Origin: Anthoceros angustus
Lineage: Eukaryota; Plantae; Anthocerotophyta
Direction of reading: 5' to 3'
DNA length: 64,000 nucleotides
Assembly: GCA_010909165.1 (NCBI GenBank)
Contig: MU008163.1
Coordinates: 1,178,001 to 1,242,000, forward strand
Positions 60,705 through 64,000 of this stretch are shown piece by piece. The translations under genes were made by a program, and so were the position numbers. Position 1 is the stretch's first letter. Every line of letters starts with the position of its first letter. A model generated the notes under the pieces. It searched no databases and was not told the origin of the DNA. It was given only the letters and a program-made list of their open reading frames with translations.

Positions 60705-63700
60705 CCTGACAGCTCACCATACACCTGGACGCAGCTCGCCTCCGGCTTTTTCAAAAGAATTTTCGGAAACGCATATTCATCAGGTAGAATCTGATTAGTT
60801 GTGCCCCAGGGAATGGAGACTCGTTTGTCGCTCCTGACATCGGGGCGCCACCTTGTCGTCGGCTTCTCGTCTCATGCCATCTGCACGAGCACGCTCCCCC
60901 TGACTGCCAATCTCACGAAAGAGTCAAGAGGCGACAGCACGTCGCCATGTCTGTAAGCGCCGGCGCGAATACCCGAGGCTCTCAATGCGCCCACCCTAGA
61001 GGCCTCTTCTTGAAGCAAGCTTACAGTCTTGACGACCTGCTTTCCCGGGTTCACCCTGCCAGGAGTAGGACGGAGCCAGCTCAGTGAAGAGCGCGCAGCT
61101 ATCAATTCACCATTCTTTAGAAAGCGGTAGCGGAATCTGACCTTCCTGATCCGAATGATGTCCAAACACCAACGTGAGCTTCCTGGAGCCGGAGTTGCGC
61201 AGCCTGCATTGCAAAACTCCATTGAGGCGGGAGAAGTCCAGCAAAATCCAAGGAAAGAAAGGAAGACTCCACTAAACCCGAAGGAAAGAACTAAGAAGCT
61301 AAGCGACCAAATGCAGATTCGGGGAAAGATTTTCCTCCGCCTCCGCCACCAGTCCAGTTAGAAGAATACGAGGACGACGGGAGACCGATCGGCCACACCC
61401 ACGCACCTCCCCCACCCTGGTTAAACACTTTTTCAGGCCCCGGGCGTCCTCTAAAGACCGAATCTGCTCTCACGGCAGGGCCAGGGAAAAGGCAAGATAG
61501 ACCACAGAGAGGCAACTCCCGATGGTTCCGCACACAAGATAGTACGCCAGAAAGAATGGATGAAGTTGCAAATTTGGAGCAGCCAGACGCAGGATGCTTC
61601 CCGAACCACTGTCACCGGTGCTTCGAGAGCGCCATACACAGAGCGGGAAAGACACTGCAGAGCACAGAATTCCTCTCCCAAGCTCTGACACAGACTTCGT
61701 ACCATCCAAAATTTGTGCGACCCAGGAGCACAGTGACACGAGAGGCTGGGAGAGGAGACGCACATTTGCTCCCTCCCCCGTACACTGCTACATAGTACCA
61801 AAAACCTAGACCCTGGGAGCGACAACAGGCCTTCCCATTGCGGCGTGCAGGAGCACGAATTGTCCCGCTTCCCCAGGGATGGAAGCAGAGCAGGAAGAGG
61901 CAGCCCGACACAACACCGAGAAATGCAACGCACAGTCAGGGAAGAAAGCGCCTGACCTGTCTGCCGCAGCAGGAAGCGATTTACTCTTCTTCCTCCTCCG
62001 CCTCGAGCTCCACATCCACCCTCCTGCTCCTCCAAAATGCCCCGATCCCGCCAGGAAGCCGCGAATGCGAGCGCTTGCAACCCGTGAAGCCGCAAAAGCG
62101 AGCGACCGACGGTCGGGGAATCAGCGTTTCCGCGCAACGCAGGCTGGCGGCAGGGGCAGCAGCAGCGCCATCGCTGCTGGAGCTGGCGGAGGGAGAAAGA
62201 ACAGAAGGGACAGACCGACAGCAGAGACGCCAGGTTCGGGCCGAGCCGGAGCCGGAAGCGGACGCCTGACGGGCAGTCGGTATCGACCGCCCGTCGCCTC
62301 CCACCGTATGGTATCGTAATATTACTACACATACGCTGTGATTACGCACGCAGCCAAGCCGCCCGCCCGCCTTGTCGGCCGGGATTAGCTAAGCACGCCC
62401 ATTATTCGGAATTTCAAATCGGCGAATATGCCATGCCCATGGCTGCCCATCATTTCTGCAAGGTACCGGCTAAACGGCTAAACTTACCGCGTCCGGCGTC
62501 ACAAGTAACGGGACACCATAAAATTAAGCGTATTCGGACAGCCCGCGGCCTCAACGGTCCGTTACCGTCCCAGGGGCGTTTCCGGAAACCAATCACCCGG
62601 CGCCGCGTGATTGACAAACGGCCGGCGGGGAGCCGTGTTGAGGTTGGTTCCCGGCCGGGGCAGGATCGAATCGCGAATCAAACGCGCAGTCGTTCAGCTT
62701 ATCTTAGTGGGCGCTTCGTTATCTCCTCCGTTGTCGCCTGTCGGTGACATTTGGGTGCATGCGCATGCAATATTTTTGCAAAAACTTGCCACTCTGCCAG
62801 ATCTGTGTCGGATGCGGGTCCCGGAGTGGGCAAAAAAGCTGTAAACAAATACCGGATTCCACAACGCGATGCCTGTGCTGGGAGGAGAGAATCTGAAAAG
62901 GATCGGAAAAGGTTCGGGAAAGAAGCGTGGAGGAGGATGGGGTTGTGGCTGCAGATTCCGGAACCCAATGGGCTGGTGGCGAGGGATCCAATGTCTGGGT
63001 AGGCGTTGAGGATGCCCGTTGGGATAGAAACGCGGAAGAAACGTTGACGACATGACCCACCACAGCGGTTTGGCTTGCAAATCGGCGTGACCCGGATCCG
63101 ATGACGGTGCACCGGACGGTAATGCGACGTCACACCTATCCGGCAGTTACCTGGTCGCGATCTTACCTGCCCGACTTGTTCTTGTTACTAATCACCTGTA
63201 TGCGCGCCGCAAGGCGTTCCTTCAGATCTTGGGGATTTGGTAAGATAATTCGCTCAATATCTTCTGATCTTAGCCAGCTAATTCGTCCACGATCTCTCAC
63301 AATCTTGTGAAGTGAAGTGATCGAAGGCGGTTGAATGAATTAATAATAATCATGCTGAGAGGATTTCGCATGGCACAGCCGAAGATACTGTATCGAGATT
63401 AGGTTCAATTTTGCCTGTTGCGTTGATGGAACGCAACCTTGGAGCTTCAGTCGTTTTGCTGCTGAGGAAGAAGGGGATCATGGCCGCAGTAGGTGCAGCA
63501 GTCGTGGATGAAGATGCCAGTTGCTTCGAGCGCTCTCAGATGACCTCTCGTCGCTACTGTCAAGTGCGTGTGGCCTTGGCTAGGGTTTTTCCGAGCTGCT
63601 TGTAATTGTGGTGTTGGGAATTCTGGCGGGGTCTAACGACTGCACTAGCTGGGCTGGATGTCGTGTCAGGGTCTGTGAGAAGTCTTTGGAACACGGCAAG

Positions 63701-64000
63701 CCCTTCAGCCGGTACCAGAAGCCAGACGCTGTGAAGCAAGGTGAGGAACCAGCTCAGTGAATTCGAGGTAGGAGCCAGAACTGGGGCATCGTGGTGTCAT
63801 ACCCTGTTTAGTAAGGCTTGCTGTTATCAACACTTCAGGTTGGCGGATTGGGAGCCTGTGTCCTGAAACACTGGAGGAGGCCGAAGCGTTAGTTCCGTTT
63901 ATGGAGGTAAGTTTGCCATCCTCCGCGACCGATGGATTGTGCTTGCCATGTTGTAGACCTTCAAGCTGTAATGTGTGATATTTTGTTCAGAAAAAGGGAC

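Noticed and set aside
61451-62349. 293-aa and other ORFs upstream of the kinase
   Set aside because: Non-ATG starts, open in several frames because of high GC, and no domain.
63411-63605. Possible first exon (MAAVGAAVVDEDASCFERSQ..., or LRALSDDLSSLL, reminiscent of NPR/BOP N-termini)
   Set aside because: Too short, the second reading has an upstream in-frame stop, and no following exon can be traced in the window.
1-64000. Bacterial contamination, rRNA or tRNA genes
   Set aside because: All intact genes are spliced plant genes. The only tRNA-related sequence is the PBS.

Overview
Compact land-plant nuclear DNA; introns of about 70-200 nt and GC-rich exons suggest a non-seed plant, but the taxon is inferred, not shown. 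The left half (1-~30.8 kb) is a transposon nest. It holds a decayed Sola2-like DDD transposase split by a 1.1-kb GATGT microsatellite, a Ty3/gypsy Athila-like retrotransposon (3069-~24762; tRNA-Asp PBS, gag-pol, PPT, TGTGG...CCACA LTRs), a hAT remnant and an orphan TE-type ORF. The right half holds four intact spliced genes: an At3g51640/NST1-like membrane protein with a C-terminal U-box (+), a 32-exon ACA8/9/10-type P2B Ca2+-ATPase (+) preceded by a dead copy of its own 5' end, an unknown plastid-targeted protein (-) and an RLCK-V kinase (-), plus a pogo-like deletion derivative. The best candidates for new biology are (1) a ~4.8-kb LTR that appears to carry a ~3-kb protein-coding gene downstream of the PPT, and (2) the NST1-like/U-box fusion. 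Caveat: the repeats are riddled with small indels and serial 1.1-1.6-kb tandem duplications, while the unique genes are frame-perfect. Much of the apparent decay in the repeats may therefore be unpolished long-read assembly error. All family assignments come from motif recall; no searches were run, and coordinates inside repeats are approximate.
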